A stretch of 64,000 nt of DNA. It comes from Candidatus Nanoarchaeia archaeon. Its GTDB lineage: Bacteria > Patescibacteriota > Microgenomatia > Woykebacterales > RBG-16-39-9b. Of the stretch, positions 47,852 to 56,929 are shown piece after piece; position 1 is the first letter of the stretch; every line of letters begins with the position of its first letter. Where the stretch lies: assembly GCA_036514715.1 (NCBI GenBank), contig DATBWR010000004.1, positions 73,147 through 137,146 on the forward strand. Reading direction: 5' to 3'. Position numbers and translations under genes: made by a program. The notes below the pieces were generated by a model, which saw only the letters and a program-made list of their open reading frames with translations, ran no database searches and was not told where the DNA came from.

Positions 47852-48077
47852 CATCAATAATTTCAACTTGGTTATTTCGGAAGATAAAGATAGTTCGATA
47901 TTTCCGATCTATTCGGAAAGAATAAATTTTTAAACTTTTGGGTTCAAGTACCTCAGTGTGTAGAGAAGGGTGACGAGGGTTAGAAACAAAAACTGTAATT
48001 TGTTTATTGAACTTCTTGACTAAATTATGTTTTTTGAGGTAGATAACAAGATCTGCCCGTAGGGGCTTAACGACCAT
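47832..48077 (-). CDS. RelE/YoeB-like type II toxin
   Basis: NPRHPSLHTE.L, YSFRI..KYR.IF, I.D.NDHY; likely ATG at 48077 overlapping the antitoxin stop. Confidence 0.78.
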   Translation of the reverse strand: MVVKPLRADLVIYLKKHNLVKKFNKQITVFVSNPRHPSLHTEVLEPKSLKIYSFRIDRKYRTIFIFRNNQVEIIDVNDHYQ

Positions 48078-48327
48078 AAACAGAGGATTTTTCCAGACCA
48101 CGAGTGAGGCTATCGATGAACTTCTCGCTATATTTACCAGTTCGAGCCAGCTCTAGCTTGATTTTAGAAATTGGTTGAGGAGTAAATTCCTGGAAACTGT
48201 CCTCGGCAAGATAAGTACGTAGGACATTGCGTACAAATTCAGAGCGAGTTGAGAAACCGTGCTTTTTAGCTTCTTGGTCAATTTTCTCCGCTGTTCTTTT
48301 AGGTAAAGAAATAGTTACGGTAGCCAT
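48067..48327 (-). CDS. Ribbon-helix-helix (CopG) antitoxin
   Basis: TVTISLP...ID..AK..GFSTRSEFVR. Confidence 0.8.
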   Translation of the reverse strand: MATVTISLPKRTAEKIDQEAKKHGFSTRSEFVRNVLRTYLAEDSFQEFTPQPISKIKLELARTGKYSEKFIDSLTRGLEKSSVYGR

Positions 48328-48353
48328 ATATTAAGATTATTTAACAACATTTG

Positions 48354-49061
48354 TTAATTCTTGTCAAGTTTTAGGTAATAAGCCCGTTTTTCGGTAGAGA
48401 AGTGTTCAATAGCGTAGCGCAGGGCAGTTCGAGGCATCGTTGCCGCAAAATTATCCAAAAAATCAGTTAAATAATTCTCGCCGCATTTTTGGCCGATTTC
48501 TCTTAAGCTCCAACCAACTGCTTTTTGGATTAAATCGTGTTTATCGTTAACCAAAATCTCCGCGATTTCCAAGGCTAACTTTGGGTCACCCTTTTTAATG
48601 TAATGAAAAGTAGCGATCATAGCGATTCTGCGTTCCCAGAGACTTTCCGATTTTGCCAATTTTTTCAAAATATCTTTGGGTTTATCTTCCAAAAAAGATC
48701 CGACGATTTTATCAGCGGACAGGTCAACTAAATCCCAGTTGTTAATTTGCTTAGTGTTGGAGAGATAAAATTCGTAGATTTTCTTTTGGGCTGCAGGATC
48801 AGCCTTCTTAAATTGCCCAACTAAAATGAAAAGTGAAAGTAGTCTTTCTTCGTGAATAGGGGAATGAGATAGAGAGGTGATATCTTCAAAGCTTAGATCT
48901 TGATATTTTCTTGCGAGGGATCGCTGTTGTGGTACAGTAACTCCAATAAACTGGTCTCCTTCGCCGTATTGGCCGGGGCCAGTTTTAAAAAACCAAGCAT
49001 TGGTTTTAGCCTTCTCGGGGCTGGAAATTTTTCTTAAGTCAGACCGTAGTTTCCCCAACAT
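48354..49061 (-). CDS. alkD: DNA alkylation repair enzyme
   Basis: FFKTGPGQYGEGD.FIGV, NNWDLVD, WERR, IQKAVGW.LRE, RTALRYAIE. Confidence 0.88.
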   Translation of the reverse strand: MLGKLRSDLRKISSPEKAKTNAWFFKTGPGQYGEGDQFIGVTVPQQRSLARKYQDLSFEDITSLSHSPIHEERLLSLFILVGQFKKADPAAQKKIYEFYLSNTKQINNWDLVDLSADKIVGSFLEDKPKDILKKLAKSESLWERRIAMIATFHYIKKGDPKLALEIAEILVNDKHDLIQKAVGWSLREIGQKCGENYLTDFLDNFAATMPRTALRYAIEHFSTEKRAYYLKLDKN

Positions 49062-49062
49062 A

Positions 49063-49869
49063 TCAATGGTCAAAGTCAGCAAATCCCGGGTTGATGAGGC
49101 GAGGCTCCTGCGGTACTTGGTTAATGAGTTCCCTGTCTTCTTTACTCAAATTAAAATCCAAAGAATTAAAGTTTTCCTCAATGTGCTTATGCGTAGCAGC
49201 TTTGGGTATCGCCACTATATCCTGTTGGGCGATCCAGTTGAGAATAATCTGGCTGGGGGTTTTGGCATATTTTTTCGCCAGTGTCTTAATTTCTTCCAAG
49301 TTTAAATCTTGGCCGCGGGCAATCGGTGAATAGGCAGTAACCACGATCTTGTGAGCATCACAAAAACTTTTTAGTTTCCTTTGATTAAAAGAAGGGTGCA
49401 GTTCCACTTGGTTGTTAGTAATTTCCACGCCGGTTTTTAAAGCTTCTTCTAAACGGCGCCCTTCAAAATTGGAGACGCCAATGGCGTGGGTAACTCCTTG
49501 TTCTTTGAGGGAGTTCATTGCTTCAAGAGTTTCACGAATAGGGACAGCGGGGTTTGGCCAATGGATCAAGAGCAGATCAATGTAAGGTGTCTGGAGCTCG
49601 TCTAAAAATCTTTTTCCAGTTTCCTCTACAGCCTTGCGGTTTAAACTGTTGTACCAGATTTTGGTGGTGAGGAACAAATCTTCCCTAGGAATTTTCGAAT
49701 TTTTAACCGCCCTTCCAACTTTAATGTGAGTGTTATAAATATCCGCAGTGTCAATGAGGCGGTAACCTACTTCCAAAGCATGTTCAATCGCCCCTTGATC
49801 TTTTAGCTGCCAAGTCCCTAAACCCAAAATCGGAATTTCAATTTTGTCATTAAGTTTCAAAGTTTTCAC
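49063..49869 (-). CDS. Aldo/keto reductase
   Basis: GLGTWQ, IDTADIY, DLLLIHWP, IGVSNF, AYSP, IPK. Confidence 0.93.
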   Translation of the reverse strand: MKTLKLNDKIEIPILGLGTWQLKDQGAIEHALEVGYRLIDTADIYNTHIKVGRAVKNSKIPREDLFLTTKIWYNSLNRKAVEETGKRFLDELQTPYIDLLLIHWPNPAVPIRETLEAMNSLKEQGVTHAIGVSNFEGRRLEEALKTGVEITNNQVELHPSFNQRKLKSFCDAHKIVVTAYSPIARGQDLNLEEIKTLAKKYAKTPSQIILNWIAQQDIVAIPKAATHKHIEENFNSLDFNLSKEDRELINQVPQEPRLINPGFADFDH

Positions 49870-49967
49870 GCTAAATATATTACCAGACTGGGCAAGATTT
49901 TGACATTTTAGGTTTCTTCTGAGAAAATCTTTGCAAGTAAGTTAGTAAGGAAGAAAGAGAGGAGAAA

Positions 49968-50561
49968 ATGTCCACAACAGGTGCGGTTTTGGACCGTGGG
50001 GAAGTTGGCACCCACACTAGAGCCAGGCGTCCCACACGCCTGACCAACAACGAAAAGAGGTGTTTGGCAGCAGAGAAAGCCAGCTACTCCAGATGGACCC
50101 TACCAACTCGCCAGGGCTGGGCGGTTGGCTACATCGAGGACCCGAGGCCACACAAGATCCTCAGTGGTGGAGTGGAGAGCGGGCCTTTCAACTTCGTGGT
50201 GGCGATGCTAATCGTTGCCGGTGTCCTCGCTGTCTTGGGGCTGAGTCTCAGCTGGTGGGCCGTTGGCAGCAGTGTGACCTTCGGTCTCATCGGGGCCGTG
50301 GCGATAACGATTCCGTTTGAGCGGAACTCCCGAGCGCTGGCTGCCGCTGGGATTCCTATTTTAGGCAAGATACTCTTCTTGAAAGGTGAAGTGCCCGAGC
50401 AACCGAGATTGTCCTATCAGCAGGCAAAGGATAGCCGCCTTTTCGACTCGCTCCGTATCTTTGCCCCGGAAGAAGCCTTCAAGCGGGTACTGCGGGTGGA
50501 TCCGGTCATCTTTGGGACGATTGGAGACGAGACTTTCCTTATCGTCGCCTTCGATCTGTAG
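49968..50561 (+). CDS. Orphan 2-TM protein with higher GC content
   Basis: Own TTGACA promoter (49900), AAGAAAGAGAGGAG leader, C-terminal DPVIFG....FLIVAFD, own terminator. Confidence 0.65.
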   Translation: MSTTGAVLDRGEVGTHTRARRPTRLTNNEKRCLAAEKASYSRWTLPTRQGWAVGYIEDPRPHKILSGGVESGPFNFVVAMLIVAGVLAVLGLSLSWWAVGSSVTFGLIGAVAITIPFERNSRALAAAGIPILGKILFLKGEVPEQPRLSYQQAKDSRLFDSLRIFAPEEAFKRVLRVDPVIFGTIGDETFLIVAFDL

Positions 50562-50574
50562 GAGAAGATCAGCG

Positions 50575-50614
50575 GAGCTCGAATGCAAGCAATGCATCCG
50601 GGCTCTTTCTTTTT
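50575..50614 (+). terminator. Intrinsic terminator
   Basis: GAGCTCGAATGCA...TGCATCCGGGCTC plus TTTCTTTTT. Confidence 0.65.
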
Positions 50615-50649
50615 GAAGAAAATTTGTCATCAGTGTTAAAATCAAACAC

Positions 50650-51615
50650 ATGAAAGCAATTAGAGTACATGGGCCGGGTGGGCCGGAAGTTTTGAAATAC
50701 GAAGAAGTGCCGGATCCGAAAGCGGGTAATGGTGAAGTTTTGGTTGTCCTTGAGGCAATTGGAGTTAACTTTGTTGATATTTACAACCGCCGTAGTGCAC
50801 CTAGTGGCCAAACTACTCCAATTGGTCGGGAAGGAGCTGGGGTAGTTGAAGCGGTTGGTCAGGGAGTAAAAGATTTTAAAGTTGGCGACAAAGTGGCTTT
50901 TGACGGAACTCTTGGCGCCTACGCAGAACTCATTGCCGTACCAGCCGATAGATTGGTAAAAGTGCCAAGTAAATTAACAACCAAACAAGCCGCTAGCGTT
51001 CTTTTGCAAGGCATGACCGCCCATTATTTGGCGACCAGTGTTTACCCGCTAAAAAAAGGCGATGTTTGTTTGGTACATGCTGCGGCCGGTGGAGTAGGGG
51101 AACTGCTTTGTCAGATGGCTAAGATGCGCGGTGCAAAAGTAATCGGTACGGTTTCAACTAGAGAGAAAGCTAAAGTAGCCGGAGAAGCTGGTGCTGATGA
51201 AGTAATTGTCTACACAAAAGCTGATTTTGGAGAAGAAGTTAAAAAATTAACGGCAGGTAAAGGAGTCAACGTAATTTATGATAGCGTTGGTAAAACTACT
51301 TTTCTGAAAGGCTTCAAGGTCTTGCGACCGTTAGGTATGATGGTTCTTTTTGGACAATCTTCCGGACCGGTAGAAAGCTTTGATCCAAGCATTTTGGCTA
51401 AAGGTGGATCGCTTTTTTTCACCCGCCCGAGTTTAACCAATTACACTGCAACTCGACAAGATCTATTGCAACGCGCCAATGAAGTTTTCAAATGGGTCGC
51501 TGACGGCTCCCTCAAAGTACGAGTTTTCAAAGAATTTCCTCTGCAAGAAGCTGCCAAAGCTCACCAAGCCCTAGAAGAGCGCCAAACTGTCGGTAAACTC
51601 CTCCTCACTCCTTAA
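50650..51615 (+). CDS. qor: NADPH:quinone oxidoreductase (zeta-crystallin family)
   Basis: GVNFVD, GMTAHYL, HAAAGGVG, YDSVG, FGQSSG. Confidence 0.9.
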   Translation: MKAIRVHGPGGPEVLKYEEVPDPKAGNGEVLVVLEAIGVNFVDIYNRRSAPSGQTTPIGREGAGVVEAVGQGVKDFKVGDKVAFDGTLGAYAELIAVPADRLVKVPSKLTTKQAASVLLQGMTAHYLATSVYPLKKGDVCLVHAAAGGVGELLCQMAKMRGAKVIGTVSTREKAKVAGEAGADEVIVYTKADFGEEVKKLTAGKGVNVIYDSVGKTTFLKGFKVLRPLGMMVLFGQSSGPVESFDPSILAKGGSLFFTRPSLTNYTATRQDLLQRANEVFKWVADGSLKVRVFKEFPLQEAAKAHQALEERQTVGKLLLTP

Positions 51616-51635
51616 TTTTCTGCTAATATCAAAAC

Positions 51636-52157
51636 ATGCCGCTTGGTCCAGTAATTGTTATTCTCCTGCGCTTAATACTTCCACTCTCAATCCTACGCTA
51701 CCCTCTGTGGGGAGGTATTTTGGCCATGCTTTTGGATGGGGCCGACGTTATCATTGCTGGTTGGTTGAACATGGGAGATTTTTCCAGTTATCACACTACG
51801 GACAAATACCTGGATATGTATTATCTTACTTTGGAAGTTTACAAATCCCTTAGTTGGCAAAACGCTCTAGCTTGCAGAACCAGTATGTTTCTTTTTATTT
51901 ACCGGTTTGTCGGAGTCATTTGGTTTGAAGCCACCAACCTGCGTATATTGCTCTTTGTCTTTCCCAACCTGTTTGAAAACTTCTTTTTGTTTTTTGAAGC
52001 CTACAGAAAGATCAAGAAAACAGAGAAACTTTCTTGGAAGGGGATTCTGATTGCCTTAATAATTCTTCTTATTCCCAAGCTGGTGCAAGAATATCTAATG
52101 CACGTTGTTCTTCTGCGCCCTTGGGACTGGTTCCACACCACCTTTCTCAAAACCTAA
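51636..52157 (+). CDS. Hypothetical membrane protein
   Basis: LD..D, Y...DKYLD.YY, FPNLFE, PKL.QEY motifs. Confidence 0.65.
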   Translation: MPLGPVIVILLRLILPLSILRYPLWGGILAMLLDGADVIIAGWLNMGDFSSYHTTDKYLDMYYLTLEVYKSLSWQNALACRTSMFLFIYRFVGVIWFEATNLRILLFVFPNLFENFFLFFEAYRKIKKTEKLSWKGILIALIILLIPKLVQEYLMHVVLLRPWDWFHTTFLKT

Positions 52158-52187
52158 AGATATATGAATACTTATTCATATATCTTT
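52156..52187. promoter_or_regulatory. Perfect 15-2-15 AT-rich inverted repeat (SmtB/CzrA-operator-like, or a terminator)
   Basis: AAAGATATATGAATA-CT-TATTCATATATCTTT. Confidence 0.5.
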
Positions 52188-52225
52188 TTGACTAACCTTC
52201 ATTTGGCTATCAAGCGTAATTAAGC

Positions 52226-52324
52226 TATAAGCACCTGTGAACTCGCGCTTGTATCCTTAACCCGTTATAAGCACACTACGCGTGCTTGTATCAGCTGAAG
52301 CTGATATAATTGCGCCGATGGCGA
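52226..52324 (+). repeat. 99-bp direct repeat, copy 1 (palindromes, promoter and start codon)
   Basis: 52243-52316 identical (74 bp) to 53750-53823; offset 1507 bp. Confidence 0.92.
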
Positions 52325-52797
52325 CGAAGCTGTACCAGTTTAGTCCGATAAATTCAAAAGAAGAACTACTTAATGCAGTTACTTATGTCGCTGAGAAAAC
52401 TACCGAGCTTTGTAAGAAGATAACTGGTGAAGAATACCCAATCAGTTCTTTGACAGTTTTTACCCATTATCTAGACGAATTTGAAAAACTGAAAACTATT
52501 TTGTTTGAGCAAGGGGAGTTAGATCACGAAAATAACGGCCCATTCGTAAGATTAAAAGAGGGGATAGCTCTCCCCTACAACGAACTTAAACTGTTGCGAG
52601 TTCGTCAACCCGACCCTTACCGAATGCAAGTAGGATGTTGTGATTTTAAAGTCTCAGATTACCAAGAATTCAAAAATAAATATATGAATAAGTATTCATA
52701 TAATTTTAGATTGATAGAGCGGGAAAATTACGAAATGATTGAACTTTACGATCCAAATTTTGACGTTCTAGCCTACTTTTTGAGCAACCAACAATGA
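52318..52797 (+). CDS. Hypothetical protein
   Basis: ATG 7 nt after TATAAT; LLRVRQPDPYRMQVGCCDF, MIEL..P.FDVLAY. Confidence 0.7.
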   Translation: MATKLYQFSPINSKEELLNAVTYVAEKTTELCKKITGEEYPISSLTVFTHYLDEFEKLKTILFEQGELDHENNGPFVRLKEGIALPYNELKLLRVRQPDPYRMQVGCCDFKVSDYQEFKNKYMNKYSYNFRLIERENYEMIELYDPNFDVLAYFLSNQQ

Positions 52798-53315
52798 ATA
52801 TTTCAATTAGACTTGCAAAGGAAAGCGACTTAAAAGAATATACGAATTTACTTCAACGCACTTACCAAGAGTCTTATACTGACCCTAAAATCGGTTTAAC
52901 CAAAGAATGTTTTTCTAAGGAGATTTTTAACACTAAAAGTTCTCAGGATTATTTGAAATCAAACCTTGTAGTTAACGAACAACAAAAAGCTTGGCTTGCA
53001 TTTCTTGATTCAAAGATGATAGGTTCGATCACTGTTATTGATAAAGGCGAAGAATGCCAGCTGCGAGGTTTTTACGTTGCACCTGAATATCAAGGTAAGG
53101 GGGTTGGAAAACAACTTTGGCAGAGGGCTTTAGATTTCGCCAGCGGCAAAGATATTGTCCTTGATCTCTACGCCCACAATACTAAAACCATCGAAATGTA
53201 TAAAAAGTGGGGATTTAAGATAGATGAAGAAAAAGGTACTTTTTACCGTCACTGGCCCGAATGGTCCGAAGAGATTAAAGTTAAGTGTCTTTATATGCTA
53301 TTTTCCAGAAAATAA
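52794..53315 (+). CDS. GNAT family acetyltransferase
   Basis: FYVAPEYQGKGVGKQL, N...I.MYKKWGF. Confidence 0.9.
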   Translation: MNISIRLAKESDLKEYTNLLQRTYQESYTDPKIGLTKECFSKEIFNTKSSQDYLKSNLVVNEQQKAWLAFLDSKMIGSITVIDKGEECQLRGFYVAPEYQGKGVGKQLWQRALDFASGKDIVLDLYAHNTKTIEMYKKWGFKIDEEKGTFYRHWPEWSEEIKVKCLYMLFSRK

Positions 53316-53316
53316 G

Positions 53317-53345
53317 AAAGGCGGCCAAGTATTGGTCGCCTCAAA
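53317..53345. terminator. Hairpin between convergent genes
   Basis: AGGCGGCCAA-GTA-TTGGTCGCCT. Confidence 0.6.
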
Positions 53346-53357
53346 GTCTCTCCTACG

Positions 53358-53657
53358 TTAGACTGGTTGTCTAAGGGCTTCGTTGAGCTCACTGGCTAAA
53401 GTGAAAGCCAAACTTCCTGACCGTTCGTAGCCCTCGGTGTAGTCATGAAGGATGATGACTGGGACCTCACAGTCCTTTTGGAACCGGTTGCAGAAGGGTA
53501 ACACGTCTTCCAGATGGTTCTCTCTAGCGACCATGATATCGTCATGGTCCTCACACCATTCGAAAACACGGTTGGCGGGAAAACTTTCTGGAGCTCCTCT
53601 CAGGAAAACTCCATAACCATTTCCAACTCGCCTAATTACCAGTTTAATATGGGGCAT
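53358..53657 (-). CDS. Orphan hypothetical protein
   Basis: TATAAT then GAAAGAAAGGAG leader before ATG 53657 (MPHIKLVIRR...). Confidence 0.6.
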   Translation of the reverse strand: MPHIKLVIRRVGNGYGVFLRGAPESFPANRVFEWCEDHDDIMVARENHLEDVLPFCNRFQKDCEVPVIILHDYTEGYERSGSLAFTLASELNEALRQPV

Positions 53658-53732
53658 TTCTGCTCTCCTTTCTTTCAAAAGTATTATACAGCTATAGGGC
53701 AAATACTGGCTGCAAGTTTGGCCGGGTTCAGG

Positions 53733-53831
53733 TATAAGCACTCGGAGATTCGCGCTTGTATCCTTAACCCGTTATAAGCACACTACGCGTGCTTGTATCA
53801 GCTGAAGCTGATATAATTGCGCCTATGGCGA
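53733..53831 (+). repeat. 99-bp direct repeat, copy 2
   Basis: See copy 1; supplies the -10 and ATG of the GT4 gene. Confidence 0.92.
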
Positions 53832-54976
53832 AAAGGCAACCTAAAATTGCGCTGGTGCATGATTACCTGAACCAATACGGTGGGGGTGAACGTGTGCTGG
53901 AAGCTTTGGCGGAAATTTGGCCAGAGGCCACTATTTACACCAGTATCGTTGATGAGCCCGTGATGAAAACTTGGTTAAAGCTCGATTTAAAGAGAGTCAA
54001 AACTAATTTCATTAGTAAGCTTCCTTTTGCCAAAACGCTTTCCAAACATTATTTTTTCCTTTATCCGCTTGCTTTTCGCTTCCAAAATCTCGGCGATGCA
54101 GACGTTGTTATTTCCACCAGCTCCTACGCAGCAAAATTTGCTCGTGGGAAAGAAGGCTCTGTCCACATTGACTATATCCACACTGTCCCACGCTTTTTGT
54201 GGGGTTATGATACTGAGTTAGCCCGCTATTATGCACGTTGGTTCGATAAATTTCTCGCTCCACTTTATGCTCTTTTAGTACCACCCCTGAAATGGATTTT
54301 AAGAAAAGGCGACTACTCAGCTGCCCAAAAAGTGGACTATTTTCTGGCTAATTCTCAAGAAGTAAGGAGCCGTGTTAAAAAACACTACGGCCGTGACGCT
54401 GAGGTTATCCACCCACCGGTCGATACCGAGAGGTTTAAGGATGAAGGACAAAAGATAACTAATGAAGTGAAAGACGAAAAGGAGTACTATTTGGTGGTTT
54501 CAAGACTGGGCGGTTACAAAAGAGTGGACATTGTGGTTGAAGCCTTCAATAAACTTGGTCGGCCCTTGAGAATTGTTGGTGTAGGCCCCCAACTCTCCTA
54601 CTTAAAATCAATTGCTGCTCCCAATGTCGAGCTTTTGGGACGGTTGGATGATGCTCAAGTTACCCAGCTAATAAAAACCTGTAAGGCCTTGGTTTTCCCG
54701 ACTCATGAAGATTTTGGTATCGTTCCCGTTGAAGCTATGGCCGCTGGTAAACAGGTAATTGCTTACCGGGGTGGAGGGGCCTTAGAGACTGTAGTTGAGG
54801 GAAAAACCGGTGTCTTTTTTGATAAGCAGACACCTGAAGGTATAATAGAGGCAGTCGGGCGCTTTGAGAGATTGAAGGTTGATCCCCAAGAGGCACGAGC
54901 ACAAGCGGCCAAATTTTCGAAAGAAGTTTTTAAGAAAAAAATGAAAGAATTTATCGAAAAGGTATCTAAAAAGTGA
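53825..54976 (+). CDS. Glycosyltransferase family 4 (mannosyltransferase-like)
   Basis: ALVHDYLNQYGGGERV, EDFGIVPVEAMAAG. Confidence 0.9.
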   Translation: MAKRQPKIALVHDYLNQYGGGERVLEALAEIWPEATIYTSIVDEPVMKTWLKLDLKRVKTNFISKLPFAKTLSKHYFFLYPLAFRFQNLGDADVVISTSSYAAKFARGKEGSVHIDYIHTVPRFLWGYDTELARYYARWFDKFLAPLYALLVPPLKWILRKGDYSAAQKVDYFLANSQEVRSRVKKHYGRDAEVIHPPVDTERFKDEGQKITNEVKDEKEYYLVVSRLGGYKRVDIVVEAFNKLGRPLRIVGVGPQLSYLKSIAAPNVELLGRLDDAQVTQLIKTCKALVFPTHEDFGIVPVEAMAAGKQVIAYRGGGALETVVEGKTGVFFDKQTPEGIIEAVGRFERLKVDPQEARAQAAKFSKEVFKKKMKEFIEKVSKK

Positions 54977-56058
54977 AAATTGTTGTTTTTTCCGGTGGAG
55001 CCGGCACCCGTATGTGGCCAATGAGTCGGGCTGCAATGCCAAAACAATTCCAGCCTTTGGTTGGGAAAACTTCGATGTTCCAGCAAATGTTGGAGCGTCT
55101 CGCAAGGGGCTTTGACACTGAAGATATCTACGTGGTAACTGGGGCCGATTACGTGGGCTTGGTTAAAAAACAGGCCCCCTCTCTGCCGACCGAGAACATC
55201 ATTGGTGAACCCCAGATGCGGGATACTCTAGCAGCGGTTTCCTTTGCTTGTGCCTACCTTTCGGCTAAATTTCCTAATGAAACCATGGCCGCTATCTGGG
55301 GAGCCGACCACCTTGTTAAAGAAGAAAAAACTTTTATTAAAGCCTTAAAAGCTGCGGAAAAATTAGCTAAAAAAGAGGGCGTTATTGCCAAAGTTGATGT
55401 CCACCCGGTCTTTCCAAGTGTACATTTAGGTTACATTGAAATTGGCGAAAGAAGAGCTAAAATCGACAGTTTTGAGGTTTTTGAGTTTATCCGCCACGTT
55501 GAAAAACCAAATCTATCCACTGCAGAAAAGTTTTTGGAGTCAGGTAAATATTTGTGGAACACCGGTTACTTTGTTTGGGAACTGTCCAAAATTATGGCCC
55601 TTTTCAAAAAACATTTACCTGAAATTTACAAAAGCTTGAAAAAAATTCAACTGTCCTTGGGCACTCCGAAAGAAAAAGAGGTTGTTGCGGAAGAGTATCA
55701 AAAAATTCCCCGCAATTCTTTTGACTACGCTTTTCTAGAAAAACTTGGACCCGGGGACCAACTGGAAATACCAGCGGTTCTGGGCTGGACTGATATCGGT
55801 GCCTGGAACACTCTTAAAGATGAACTGGCGGAAAGTGAAGTACACAACGTTGTGCGCGGTGAGCACATTGGTATTAATTCGGAGGATTTGCTGGTCTTTG
55901 GACCCGAGAAAGGAAAATTAATCGCGACAGTCGGCTTAAAAGGGATGATTATTGTTGATACGCCGGATGCTTTGCTGATTTGTCCAAAGGAACGGTCGCA
56001 AGACGTGAAAAAAATCGTCCAAGAACTAAGAGAACGCCGGAAACATAAGTATTTATAG
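54973..56058 (+). CDS. manC: Mannose-1-phosphate guanylyltransferase
   Basis: GGAGTRMWPMSR..PKQF, EP..RDT, ADH, GYIE, EKP, WNTG, WTDIG.W. Confidence 0.88.
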   Translation: MKIVVFSGGAGTRMWPMSRAAMPKQFQPLVGKTSMFQQMLERLARGFDTEDIYVVTGADYVGLVKKQAPSLPTENIIGEPQMRDTLAAVSFACAYLSAKFPNETMAAIWGADHLVKEEKTFIKALKAAEKLAKKEGVIAKVDVHPVFPSVHLGYIEIGERRAKIDSFEVFEFIRHVEKPNLSTAEKFLESGKYLWNTGYFVWELSKIMALFKKHLPEIYKSLKKIQLSLGTPKEKEVVAEEYQKIPRNSFDYAFLEKLGPGDQLEIPAVLGWTDIGAWNTLKDELAESEVHNVVRGEHIGINSEDLLVFGPEKGKLIATVGLKGMIIVDTPDALLICPKERSQDVKKIVQELRERRKHKYL

Positions 56059-56143
56059 CGGGTCCTGTCAGCAGTTTCCCTCCCGCCAGTGCTCAGCAAG
56101 AGCTTGCGCGCTGTCGGGATCCCTTCTTCTGCCGCCACCCGCT
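56057..56143. repeat. GC-rich REP/MITE-like hairpin element
   Basis: AGCGGGT...ACCCGCT terminal stem with internal TCCCG/CGGGA and GCAAG/CTTGC stems. Confidence 0.6.
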
Positions 56144-56285
56144 GAAATAAATAAAGTGTGCTATAAACCGCTAGGCTTATATCCTAGCGTTTTGTGTCCA
56201 TTTAGGATATAATAGTTACACTTTAAAGCTACCTGGCAAAGGCTTACCCCTTTGCCACTTTCATGTTTTTCGCTGCCGTTTGGCT

Positions 56286-56924
56286 ATGTTGTATGATTTT
56301 GCAAAACGAGCTTTGGACATCGTCGGCTCCTTAGTAGGTTTAATACTCCTCTTTCCACTTTTAATAGTAGTTGGGCTAGCAGTGAAACTTTCTTCGCAAG
56401 GACCAGTTCTAGTGGAGGCTTCGAGCCGAGTGGGAAAAAATAACAAGATTTTTAGAATGTATAAATTCCGAACAATGGTTGCCGGCGCCCACAAGCTAAT
56501 TCGTACTGACCCAAAAATGAAAGAAGTTTTCGAAGAATACAAAAAAAGTAGCTTTAAGTTAAAAAAAGACCCTCGTGTAACACAGTTAGGTAAGTTTTTG
56601 CGAAAGTCCAGCTTGGATGAGCTGCCGCAGTTTTTAAACGTGTTGAAAAGCGAAATGAGTTTAGTTGGTCCACGAGCTTTTTATCCTGATGAACTAACTG
56701 AAAATAAAAAACGTTATCCCCAAACTTTGCCTGACATTGAAGAAGCTTTGAAAGTCAAACCTGGTATCACCGGGTTGTGGCAAGTTTCGGGAAGAAGTAA
56801 AATTGGTTTTACACGGAGAATTAAAATGGATGCCCATTATGCCCGTTTCCACTCACTAACACTCGATCTAAAAATTCTGTTAAAAACTCCCTTCGTTGTT
56901 CTTAAAAGAGATGGGGTGTACTAA
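56286..56924 (+). CDS. Polyprenyl-phosphate priming sugar transferase (Bac_transf family)
   Basis: [44 protein letters not shown]. Confidence 0.93.
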   Translation: MLYDFAKRALDIVGSLVGLILLFPLLIVVGLAVKLSSQGPVLVEASSRVGKNNKIFRMYKFRTMVAGAHKLIRTDPKMKEVFEEYKKSSFKLKKDPRVTQLGKFLRKSSLDELPQFLNVLKSEMSLVGPRAFYPDELTENKKRYPQTLPDIEEALKVKPGITGLWQVSGRSKIGFTRRIKMDAHYARFHSLTLDLKILLKTPFVVLKRDGVY

Positions 56925-56929
56925 GTTAG

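Noticed and set aside
52226-52300. Integron attC site
   Set aside because: No properly spaced RYYYAAC...GTTRRRY pair enclosing a bulged hairpin, and no IntI in the window
52282-52317. Identical N-terminal peptide MLVSAEADIIAP on two ORFs
   Set aside because: Artefact of ORF extension into the DNA repeat; the true starts are ATG 52318 and 53825
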